In this document: positions 9,201-16,672 of the stretch, one piece after another | How the letters are laid out: every line of letters starts with the position of its first letter | How positions within the stretch are numbered: position 1 is the stretch's first letter | From: Promethearchaeota archaeon | GTDB taxonomy: Archaea > Asgardarchaeota > Lokiarchaeia > Sigyniarchaeales > SOKP01 | Direction: 5' to 3' | Assembly (NCBI GenBank): GCA_019058365.1 | Contig: JAHPZE010000003.1 | Location: forward strand, 128,001 to 192,000 | DNA: 64,000 bases | Made by a program: the position numbers and the translations under genes | The notes under the pieces: model-generated | Databases searched by the model: none | The model's input: the letters and a program-made list of their open reading frames with translations, nothing else | What the model was told of the DNA's origin: nothing

Positions 9201-9899
9201 TCGATAAAATATTCTTATTAAACATCTAATTGTTTCAATGATCTCATCATTAGTTATCGATTTTGAAATATAGTTAGCAAATTCTTGAAGGAGGATCTCA
9301 TAGAAATCATCCATTTTATTGGTAATTAATGATTCATTTTTTAATAGATAATGAAAAAAGAATCGTTTAGGAGGGAGGAAAGTATCTTTTTCTTGTTGTA
9401 GAAAAAATTTTTCCAAACGATCAAATATAATTAATCGATTGAATCCCCCTGATAAGAGATCATATTGCTCAAGTTTTCCTCTAATCAACTTTCTCCATTC
9501 ATTCAGCGCAATAGAGTTTGAAAGATCAGTTAATATTATTTGGTTGAGAACAAGTTGAATTGATTCATATTCTTTTAAACTATCTGAAATAAAACAGTTA
9601 TATATTTCACGGAGAATAATAAAGGAGATGAACTTTAGATAATCTTTATGCATTTCTATAATTAAATTTTTATTTTGAGTATACCTTTTTACTCCAATAT
9701 TAAAAATATCTTCAGTTCTTAATTGTTTTGAAATTTTTTTTTTATTAATTATTATTTTCACATTTTTTTGAAATGGTTCCATTTCTAAGGATAATTTAGT
9801 CTCATTAAGAAGACGTTGGAATAGTGAATTCAGATCTTTCTCATTGATTTTCTCTAAAGATTTTTCTAATACTCTAAGATCTAGCTTAAATATTTTCAT
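6249..9899 (-). CDS. Giant (1216 aa) putative multi-module Lrp/AsnC-like regulator, paralog of 57225-60857
   Basis: Collinear similarity to the 1210-aa protein (SDLSLRKF, GFE[KR]R, FFYTKDL, SIRFIP, LIFPYLSLKNL, YNPLKNLKWN, KFEPIYP). Repeated HTH-linker-RAM-like segments; the family call is inference. Confidence 0.6.
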   Translation of the reverse strand: MKIFKLDLRVLEKSLEKINEKDLNSLFQRLLNETKLSLEMEPFQKNVKIIINKKKISKQLRTEDIFNIGVKRYTQNKNLIIEMHKDYLKFISFIILREIYNCFISDSLKEYESIQLVLNQIILTDLSNSIALNEWRKLIRGKLEQYDLLSGGFNRLIIFDRLEKFFLQQEKDTFLPPKRFFFHYLLKNESLITNKMDDFYEILLQEFANYISKSITNDEIIETIRCLIRIFYRVKNYKDLSSYKKYFQKFKENQELESDLSLRKFIKNMDWIKKYSFIAPSYQLNWNAINVCVIAVFLRFNPILKKSKIFSIIEGSPFFIATKTSLNSFSVELSGYVILPRPYLDDFIKFIKRLKSSNFITKSYCLLRTFENHLLNLNYLREYSQKYKIINPNHRSYDKKFEIEFQIDFSSDFSNPELSLLQFLIIDRIRFISVFGFGFEKRTETLATLKSDLVDEIITQRTLIIDLKDKLNKFYDSKDLQLKFLEFLNENKKFGFFYIKKKLEEYLQVLDFIKKIITRYPQVKTLIEFHDILDNQYHSHLIEDNIIFNSSHLKNLDSSDLISAYFKSQEDFKMMVENYINFHDLINIFYNLKLFNLSTIKKTFIDKTVVDNIYQIKLEKLEKFYEKFKLYQITSQEVTSILDKLLENEPPIINPLLINTINIEEYVNDFLQLILINSQETQNFLIKMKRFFPRITIDHSKEIISDKNLIYVEISTPYLTKKEKRQLFSILYNIFKENLLYGKFFLWTGRIKALSSKHLYDFDSKTFFYTKDLYEQYFLYVKSIFRSGLEYREEEINRNQKNFWSNEENILDLVKKVNDRGMSENCDYNDKNLNRLLDFHLNLKEYLINIEKFKNAKEEYFFTNFIKSIRFIPAFEYFGLGQYYLFLYPTDMNEIDFKLLLLNTFQKINYPTSIDNSNSLFINYIMPYDSPQLSYIHWLARSKNIIREYCGFFIKKVYNIIQFDNNLTLEGWNYDKDRFKMHMQTILFNPKYQIENLFIKEYEVGNKSISSYFGPESPEFESLSQIYNRQSIDIKSYLITKKVLTISHITSLLRKNLIFPYLSLKNLDLHNKVYIIVPNLKKEMIKSLVKVFSFFNLVHISEITGEYFIYGFDQEKRFPTGLMIKIYFPKCEISEFERLFDLLFEYLEVKDYLILNDLVDGNELIKSIYADEDLLKFYNPLKNLKWNEKKKCWKKPKVFTSKFEPIYPNLISKDKL

Positions 9900-9988
9900 T
9901 ATGCGTATATAAGATTAGTCAAATAAATTTTAAGAGATTAATATTTAATTTTTTTCATTTTAATATTTAATAATCTTTTTTCTGGGAA

Positions 9989-9996
9989 TTTATATA
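9989..9996 (+). promoter_or_regulatory. TATA box of peptide gene 1
   Basis: TTTATATA after CTGGGAA, 59 nt before the start; conserved in the duplicated copy at 12058-12065. Confidence 0.6.
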
Positions 9997-10047
9997 TTTA
10001 AATTTTAAAAAATTCTTAAGAAAATTTAGTTTTCTTGGTGTATTCAT

Positions 10048-10158
10048 TTGAAAATTAGAAATAAAAATTCAATATTATTAGCTTTATTGACCAGTATTTC
10101 AGCTTTTTTTCATATGTCCATCGGGTATGCATGGTCTGGTGGATATGGGACGCCTTAA
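10048..10158 (+). CDS. 36-aa putative secreted peptide / RiPP precursor, MKIRNKNSILLALLTSISAFFHMSIGYAWSGGYGTP
   Basis: TTG start 7 nt after a GGTG Shine-Dalgarno; basic n-region plus hydrophobic h-region; paralog at 12116-12230; directly upstream of the radical SAM gene. Confidence 0.75.
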   Translation: MKIRNKNSILLALLTSISAFFHMSIGYAWSGGYGTP

Positions 10159-10371
10159 ATATGTTTAAGCTAAAAAATGCTATAAAGCTAACATATATTT
10201 TTATTTTTTTATAGTAATTTAAGAGGAAATGCACCTTTACTTAGAGTAATTATTTCATGTTTAGTCTATTACAGATTATTTTTCAATTATTTCTTTTATA
10301 CTAGAAAAAGAATTCATTTGGTTTATAAATCTAAACTTTCATAATAATACATCCACAGATTTAGCATAAAT

Positions 10372-11952
10372 ATGAAAGCTCAAAATTTTAAAATTCTTTA
10401 TATTCATCCTGAAGAATCCAAAAATCGACCTTATTTCCTTTCAGGTATATTACGAATCTCAAATTATTTAAATTCAAGAAAACACTCACTAAATTATAAT
10501 ATTGAAGAAGAATATTTAGACTTAAGATTTGAACGATTACCTTCATTCTCATTCAAAAATATTCATAATTATAGAAAAAAACTAAAAAAATTATTATTTA
10601 AAACATACGATGATTTCAACTTTAATTTAGTAGCAATATCTTGCTATAGTTCATTTTATTACCTTAACACCTTAGAAATTGCTTTCATTATAAAATATTC
10701 AATTAATCCTGATTGTATAATAGTTGTTGGTGGACCTCACCCATCAATCATTCCAAATGATTTCAATCCTATCAATATTCCAAAATTCTTTTATGAGTTC
10801 TACCCTGATAATATAATCCCATTTAATTATATCATAAGAGAAGAAGCTGAAATTGGTTTTTTTAAATTAATTTGTAGTTTATTGAAGAATAATTCAGTGG
10901 AAAGGTCATCTTCAACGCATAAATTTAGAACCCTTACATCAGATTTAATAATAGACTTAGACAAAATTCCTGTAATAGATTTTTCTCTTTATGAAAAATA
11001 TAAAGAAAAAATTAATAAATTAGGTTTTATTAATATTGATTTCTGTAGGGGTTGTATGTTTCATTGTTCATTTTGCATAAATTCAACAGATTTTATGAAT
11101 TGTTATAAAAAAGTTAGATTAAAAAATATCAATTTATGCATAGAAGAAATAAAAGTTGTTAATGATACTAAATGGTTATCTATAAATGATATTCATATAA
11201 TGGATCCAATATTTTTTCCTAATAGAAGTTACAGAAATAAATTTTACTTAAAACTAAAACAATTTAAACACGAAACTGATGGTTTTCCAGATAAGATTCG
11301 TGTTTTTGATCGGATAGATTTATGTTCAGAAAAAGATTTAGAAAATTACAAAGATTTAAACATTATTCCAGAAATTGGTCTTGAATCAATTTCTAAAACC
11401 ACCTTAACTAATATGAATAAATTAAAAACTCTAGATGATAAAAGTATTATTAATTATACTAATAAAGTAAGAAAAATTATTGAGATTTCTAATAATTTAA
11501 AGCATGAAGTTAATTTTAATTACATATTTGGTTTTCCAGGATCATTGAAAGATGAATATAATGATTTTGATAATTTCTTCTTTAAGAATAATCAAAGAAT
11601 TCACTCATTAATGGAGAATTTTAATATAAATATAGTTTGGACCTTATATGCAGCTATACCAAGATCTAAAATCTATAATGAATGCGAATCTAAATTTGGA
11701 GCAAAAATTTTTTATAAGAATTGGTGGAGAATGCCGAAAGATAATCAAAGGGAGCTATGTAAATTAATAAAACCCAGTTCTAATTTAACTTTTGCTGAAA
11801 CAATTAATTTAGCAGAAAAATATTTTAAAAAAATATATTTTTTTCAACAAAAAAGAGGAAACAGATTTTATTCTAAGAACTATTACTCATTTTATAAAAG
11901 TCACCTTAAGCAATTAAGAGATGAATATTCAGATATTCTCTTCACTCAATAG
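10372..11952 (+). CDS. B12-binding-domain radical SAM enzyme (class B methyltransferase-like)
   Basis: N-terminal cobalamin-binding domain (LVAISC...IVVGGPHPS), CxxxCxxC motif RGCMFHCSFC, IGLES, IFGFPG. Confidence 0.9.
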   Translation: MKAQNFKILYIHPEESKNRPYFLSGILRISNYLNSRKHSLNYNIEEEYLDLRFERLPSFSFKNIHNYRKKLKKLLFKTYDDFNFNLVAISCYSSFYYLNTLEIAFIIKYSINPDCIIVVGGPHPSIIPNDFNPINIPKFFYEFYPDNIIPFNYIIREEAEIGFFKLICSLLKNNSVERSSSTHKFRTLTSDLIIDLDKIPVIDFSLYEKYKEKINKLGFINIDFCRGCMFHCSFCINSTDFMNCYKKVRLKNINLCIEEIKVVNDTKWLSINDIHIMDPIFFPNRSYRNKFYLKLKQFKHETDGFPDKIRVFDRIDLCSEKDLENYKDLNIIPEIGLESISKTTLTNMNKLKTLDDKSIINYTNKVRKIIEISNNLKHEVNFNYIFGFPGSLKDEYNDFDNFFFKNNQRIHSLMENFNINIVWTLYAAIPRSKIYNECESKFGAKIFYKNWWRMPKDNQRELCKLIKPSSNLTFAETINLAEKYFKKIYFFQQKRGNRFYSKNYYSFYKSHLKQLRDEYSDILFTQ

Positions 11953-12057
11953 AACTAACAAAAATTTCGATTGCCTTTTAAATTAGTGATTTTTATAGGA
12001 AGAGATTCAAATTATTTCAAGATCTATCAATCTTAGTTGCTTCTCTTTTTCTTGGAA

Positions 12058-12065
12058 TTTATATA
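12058..12065 (+). promoter_or_regulatory. TATA box of peptide gene 2
   Basis: TTTATATA after CTTGGAA, 58 nt before ATG; mirrors 9989-9996. Confidence 0.55.
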
Positions 12066-12115
12066 ATTAAGTTTTGAAAAAAATTAAAGAAAATTTAATA
12101 TTTAGGTGTTTTTAT

Positions 12116-12230
12116 ATGAAAATTCGTTATTAAATTTTCAATTTTATTAGCTTTATTGACAGCGATTTCAGTTTGGCTTCGAATGGTGATATTAGGATTT
12201 GCAGTTAATGCTGGTGAAGAAGGTCTATAA
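12116..12230 (+). pseudogene. Second peptide-precursor paralog with a 1-nt insertion; reconstructed as MKIR(IKF)SILLALLTAISVWLRMVILGFAVNAGEEGL
   Basis: ATG after an AGGTG SD; reads MKIRY*, then the shifted frame gives SILLALLTAISVWLRMVILGFAVNAGEEGL*. 17-nt identity TTATTAGCTTTATTGAC (12144-12160 = 10075-10091). Confidence 0.72.
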
Positions 12231-12612
12231 ATAAATTTGTATTAAGATAAAGCTAATAATTAATTTCCATTTCTATATTTTTTACTTTAAAAAATACTTA
12301 TTCCTTATTTATACTATTGAAAAATAGTAATATAATTAAACCTTTTTTAAAAAAGAGTGCACAAATTCTTTCCCTCAATTTAATCTAATTTAAATTTAGA
12401 TTGATTATGTATTTACTCAAATTTAAAGCACACAAAATTTCAAGGGGTGCTGTGCAAAATGAAAAATTCTGTTAAAATATGTACATTTATGTCAAATGCA
12501 ATCTTTAATATGCCTTTAGAAGCCTCCCTCTCTTCACTTAAATTTTCACACAAACATTTATAAGGAAAACTCCTTCACCTCTGATCTTAAAATTAAATAA
12601 AAGTGATATTAT

Positions 12613-12804
12613 ATGAAAAATGAAATGATTAAATATAAATGTCCTAGATGCCATGAAAAAAAAATAATCGACTATGGGAAAATAATTGAATGTGTTAAAT
12701 GTCAATTAGAGTTCTATAAAAGAGATATTGAAACTCTAAATAGAAGTAATATCTTAGCAATTTCAGAATTAAATGATTTTATAAGGATTTTAATAGAAAG
12801 TTAA
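12613..12804 (+). CDS. Small Zn-ribbon protein
   Basis: CPRC...CVKC; GTGAT SD upstream. Confidence 0.7.
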   Translation: MKNEMIKYKCPRCHEKKIIDYGKIIECVKCQLEFYKRDIETLNRSNILAISELNDFIRILIES

Positions 12805-12872
12805 AAAATTTTATATATCGATTAGCTATTATGAACTACAATTGAGGATATTTACGATTTCTAAGGATAAAT

Positions 12873-12977
12873 TGGTGCTCCCGCCGGGATTTGAACCCGG
12901 GTCACCAGGGTGAAGGCCTAGCATTCAAGTATTTATTCAAGTATAATTATTGCTTGGCCGGACTACACTACGGGAGC
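12873..12977 (-). tRNA. tRNA-Glu(TTC), 27-nt intron at 24/25 (12924-12950), encoded CCA, C at position 33
   Basis: GCTCCCG/CGGGAGC acceptor; CTAGG-CCTTCAC-CCTGG anticodon arm; GGTTCAAATC T loop; BHB central helix CAAG/CTTG. Confidence 0.92.
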
Positions 12978-13102
12978 AAATTATTATTAAAACAATATAG
13001 GTATATTAATCTTTTAAAATCTTTGATTTGAAAGCTTTTAACTAATTATTAATGTTGTAATTAATTTTGGGTTAAAAATTTTATGAATCATAGTCTTAAT
13101 AA

Positions 13103-13220
13103 TGCGGGAAGGGAGATTTGAACTCCCGAACTCCTACGAGAATGGATTCTAAGTCCACCGCCTATGGTCAGCCATCGATCAAGCGCCTTACAGCCTTTGA
13201 CCAGACTTGGCAATTCCCGC
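13103..13220 (-). tRNA. tRNA-Leu(TAG), 33-nt intron at 21/22 (13164-13196)
   Basis: GCGGGAA/TTCCCGC acceptor; GTGGA-CTTAGAA-TCCAT arm; long variable arm; BHB helix GGTC/GACC. Confidence 0.93.
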
Positions 13221-13396
13221 AAGTTGATATGTTAAAATTGTATTAATAATTAATTAAAAGACTAAGAAATAAAAAAAATTTTTTATAAGAGATTTAAAAA
13301 TTAAATACGATTGAATTAAAAGATAAAAATTTATTATTATACATAATACTAGAAATATAATATCAAGACTTAGCACAAAAAAACCTGATTTCTCTA

Positions 13397-14395
13397 ATGA
13401 GTGTAAGAGAGTCCTTAATAAAACATTTAACATCTATTCTCCGAGCATCAGAAGGTACATTTTTAGTTGTGTTATGTGATCAGAATGGTCTTTCAATAGC
13501 AAAAATAGGGAGAAAGAGTGAGATCGACTTAAACCCAAATCAAATCACAAGTTTAGCTTCAGCAGCTTTTTCTGCTAGCGAAGAAAATTGGGAAGATTTA
13601 AATATTAAAGACCAAGTTATTTCATTTTCATACTTTGATAAAGTTTGTTTAATAACAATTAGAATTAATGAAACACTTCTAACTATAGTGCATGATTACC
13701 ATAAAGATTGGCCTCTAGATGCAGATAATTTAGCCACCGCCATGTATTATTTGAAACAAAAATTAGGTGAATTTTTTGGAAGTGGAGATCAATCAGAGAG
13801 AGATGTTGAAATTTTTTGCGATAAAGTTCGTAGTGCGATTTATCTTTTTGGAATGGGTTCTGAAGTTCCCTTCGTATCTTATAAGCCCGAAAAATTTGAA
13901 CAATCATATTTGTTACCTTCAATAAGTACAATTTTAGATTCCATTCAGAATCCCATTTTTATAAGATATGCTCTAGTTAACCCTTCTGGTTTAACTTTGG
14001 ATGCTAGAGAAGTAAGTGGCCAAAATTTACCTATAACTATTGAGGCTTTCTCTGCAAATGCGAATGCAGCTTTTCAAAAAATGAAAGAGGAATCTCGGGG
14101 AAGTTCTATAGGAGATTTATTATGCTATATTACAATTTCTGGGGAGAATACTGAAAGTTTCTATGGGCTTATTACTTGCCCGTCAGCAAAAATAAAATTC
14201 TCCACAATGGATAAAACATCAAATATAGAAGATATTTCTTTTATTGGTTTATTTACATTAACATATGGGGGAATACCAGTTATCTGTGAATCAAGAAACA
14301 TAATAAGTTCAATTATGCAAATATTTGGTGAAGAACACATAACTATGAACTTTATAAAATCTGTAAATGTTCTTACAAGTTTTAAGTATGAATAG
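13397..14395 (+). CDS. Double roadblock/LC7 (MglB-like) domain protein
   Basis: Two copies of the roadblock signature (VLCDQNGLSIA...SLASAAF; ALVNPSGLTLD...SANANAAF). Confidence 0.8.
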   Translation: MSVRESLIKHLTSILRASEGTFLVVLCDQNGLSIAKIGRKSEIDLNPNQITSLASAAFSASEENWEDLNIKDQVISFSYFDKVCLITIRINETLLTIVHDYHKDWPLDADNLATAMYYLKQKLGEFFGSGDQSERDVEIFCDKVRSAIYLFGMGSEVPFVSYKPEKFEQSYLLPSISTILDSIQNPIFIRYALVNPSGLTLDAREVSGQNLPITIEAFSANANAAFQKMKEESRGSSIGDLLCYITISGENTESFYGLITCPSAKIKFSTMDKTSNIEDISFIGLFTLTYGGIPVICESRNIISSIMQIFGEEHITMNFIKSVNVLTSFKYE

Positions 14396-14425
14396 GAAAG
14401 GAACAAAATTGTTAATTTTAATAAT

Positions 14426-14914
14426 TTGGTGATTGTTTTTAATAATTCAATAATGACTATCTTCGATCCAATAAAAGAAATACCTAAAGTATTTTGTCTT
14501 AATTATGGAGAATGTGATCCGAAGAAATGTACTGCAAATAAACTAAAAAAACTTAATCTTTTAAAATCTATAAATAACATTAAAAGTCCATTAAATAATT
14601 CCATTATTTTAGATCCATTTGCCAGACAAGAGTTATCTGATCTTGATAGAAATATTGTTCTTAGATATGGTTTAATTGTAATTGACTGTTCTTGGAATAA
14701 TATTTTGAATTTAAAGAAATTGACATTTAAAAACGCTCGTAAATTGCCTCCTTTAATTGCTGCTAATCCAACAAATTATGGTAAATGGGAAAAATTAAGC
14801 TCAGCAGAAGCCCTAGTGGCAGCATTATTTATAACAAAATTTATTGAATATGGGAATCTGATTCTCTCAAAATTTTCTTGGGGTATTCAATTTAAAGAAT
14901 TAAACAAATTTTAA
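14426..14914 (+). CDS. tsr3: 16S rRNA aminocarboxypropyltransferase Tsr3 (real start may be the ATG at 14453)
   Basis: CDPKKCT, IDCSW and RKLPPLIAANPTNYGK...LSSAEAL motifs. Confidence 0.92.
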   Translation: MVIVFNNSIMTIFDPIKEIPKVFCLNYGECDPKKCTANKLKKLNLLKSINNIKSPLNNSIILDPFARQELSDLDRNIVLRYGLIVIDCSWNNILNLKKLTFKNARKLPPLIAANPTNYGKWEKLSSAEALVAALFITKFIEYGNLILSKFSWGIQFKELNKF

Positions 14915-14949
14915 AAAAAAAATTAGAAAAATAAAAATCATCAAATATA

Positions 14950-16551
14950 TTAATCCGCGGACCCTTTTGAAAGCCCAGAAGCTGCTATGACGTCATCTAT
15001 CTTAAGGATCATCGCAGAAACTTCCGTTGCAGATTGAATTGCTTGAGTTAGGACAGATAAAGGCTCTAGAACCCCCAGCTTTACCATATCGTCTGTTTTT
15101 CCTGTGTCGATGTTAATACCTTTAGACTTCCCTTCTTCAGTTTCATGTTGTGATCTTAATTCTACTATTAAATCTACTGGATTATATCCCGCATTTTCAA
15201 CTAAAGTCTTAGGAATTATTTCTAAGGCATTAGCATACACTTCGATCGCTAACTGTTCTCTTCCTCCGATTGATCTCGCATATAATTTAAGCCTCTTTGC
15301 AAGTTCTATTTCTGAAGCGCCACCACCAGGTAAGATAAAAGGCAATTCTATAGCTGCTTTGACAACCGATAAAGCATCGTGAAGCATTCTTTCTGCTTCG
15401 TCCACGACATGTTCAATTCCCGCTCTAATTAATATACTCACTGCTTTTGGATCAGCACATTCAGAAACGATTATCATGTTGTCATCTCCTATTTTCTTCT
15501 CTTCCACTTTTCCAGCTTCTCCTAAATCTTTTTCACTAATTTCAAATATATTATTGATAATTTTTGCATTAGTTGCTCGAGCTAATTTCTCCATATCTGA
15601 TCTTTTTACTCTTCGGACTGTTATAATATCTTCTTTTGCTAGATAGTTTTGTGCTTTATCATCAACACCTTTTTGACAAAAAACAACATTCGCACCAATC
15701 TCTTTTAATTTTGCAACACGATTTTTTAACATATTTGCTTCTTCTTCAAGAAATTTATTGATTTGATCAGGGGTTTGAACTCGTATTTCAGCATCGAATT
15801 CTGTTTTTTCTACTTCTAAAGAAGCGCTGATTAACGCAATCCTTGCATTTTTAATTGATTTTGGCATCATAGGATGAACCACTTCTTTATCAACAATAAT
15901 CCCATCTATGATATTAGTGTCTAAAAGGCTCTTTCCTTCTTTTTTGATAATTTGAATTTGATCTAAATCTATTATAACATGACTTCCACGTTGTTCTTTA
16001 ACTTGGCTTACTGCTTTAACAGCAATATCTGCAAAATGACTTTTTACAGTAATTAATTTACTGTTCATTGAAGTTTCTGCAACTTTCATTAAAGTAGCTT
16101 TATCGTTAATCTCTATTTTTGTTGCTAATTCTTTCAAAATCTCTTTACTTTTTAATAACGCTTTTCGATAACCCCTAAAGATAATAGTAGGGTGTACTCC
16201 CTGTTCCATTAACTCTTCTGCAAGATTTAACAATTCTCCTGAAATAATAACACTTGTAGTAGTTCCATCTCCTACTTTATCGTCTTGAGTCTTAGCTACT
16301 TCTACTATCATTTTGGCTGCAGGATGCTCGACATCAATCTTGTCTAAAATCGTTGCTCCATCATTTGTAATCGTAACATCTCCTAGCGAATCAACAAGCA
16401 TTTTATCCATACCTTTTGGACCTAACGTTGTTCTTACAGCTTCAGCAACAGCTTTAGCAGCAGCAATGTTGTTCTTTTGGGCATCTTTCCCTTGTTTTCT
16501 TTCTGCTCCTTCTCTTAATATAAGGATTGGAACACCCGATAATTGTGCCAT
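14950..16551 (-). CDS. ths: Thermosome (group II chaperonin) subunit
   Basis: [22 protein letters not shown] and GDGTTT motifs. Confidence 0.97.
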   Translation of the reverse strand: MAQLSGVPILILREGAERKQGKDAQKNNIAAAKAVAEAVRTTLGPKGMDKMLVDSLGDVTITNDGATILDKIDVEHPAAKMIVEVAKTQDDKVGDGTTTSVIISGELLNLAEELMEQGVHPTIIFRGYRKALLKSKEILKELATKIEINDKATLMKVAETSMNSKLITVKSHFADIAVKAVSQVKEQRGSHVIIDLDQIQIIKKEGKSLLDTNIIDGIIVDKEVVHPMMPKSIKNARIALISASLEVEKTEFDAEIRVQTPDQINKFLEEEANMLKNRVAKLKEIGANVVFCQKGVDDKAQNYLAKEDIITVRRVKRSDMEKLARATNAKIINNIFEISEKDLGEAGKVEEKKIGDDNMIIVSECADPKAVSILIRAGIEHVVDEAERMLHDALSVVKAAIELPFILPGGGASEIELAKRLKLYARSIGGREQLAIEVYANALEIIPKTLVENAGYNPVDLIVELRSQHETEEGKSKGINIDTGKTDDMVKLGVLEPLSVLTQAIQSATEVSAMILKIDDVIAASGLSKGSAD

Positions 16552-16672
16552 CTCTTATTCACTTTTTCAATTGTTAATATAAATTTTTATTTATATAGAT
16601 CTCTAAGTCATAAAATTAAAAAAGTTTACGAAAAATAATTAAAAGCTTTGTTTCTGGGTTTTTTAAAATTTA

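Larger units (their letters stand above)
9975..12172 (+). repeat. Imperfect ~130-nt direct repeat (about 9975-10103 and 12045-12172) bracketing the radical SAM gene
   Basis: Promoter, SD and leader-coding sequence align between the copies; the sequences diverge in the core-coding part. Confidence 0.8.

Noticed and set aside
12356-12560. Loose GCAC(A)CAAA-like repeats upstream of the Zn-ribbon gene
   Set aside because: Too short and irregular to distinguish from chance without a motif search.
12905-12921. TCA (Sec/opal suppressor) anticodon in the 12873 tRNA
   Set aside because: That register destroys the anticodon stem; the body is a typical tRNA-Glu without a long variable arm.
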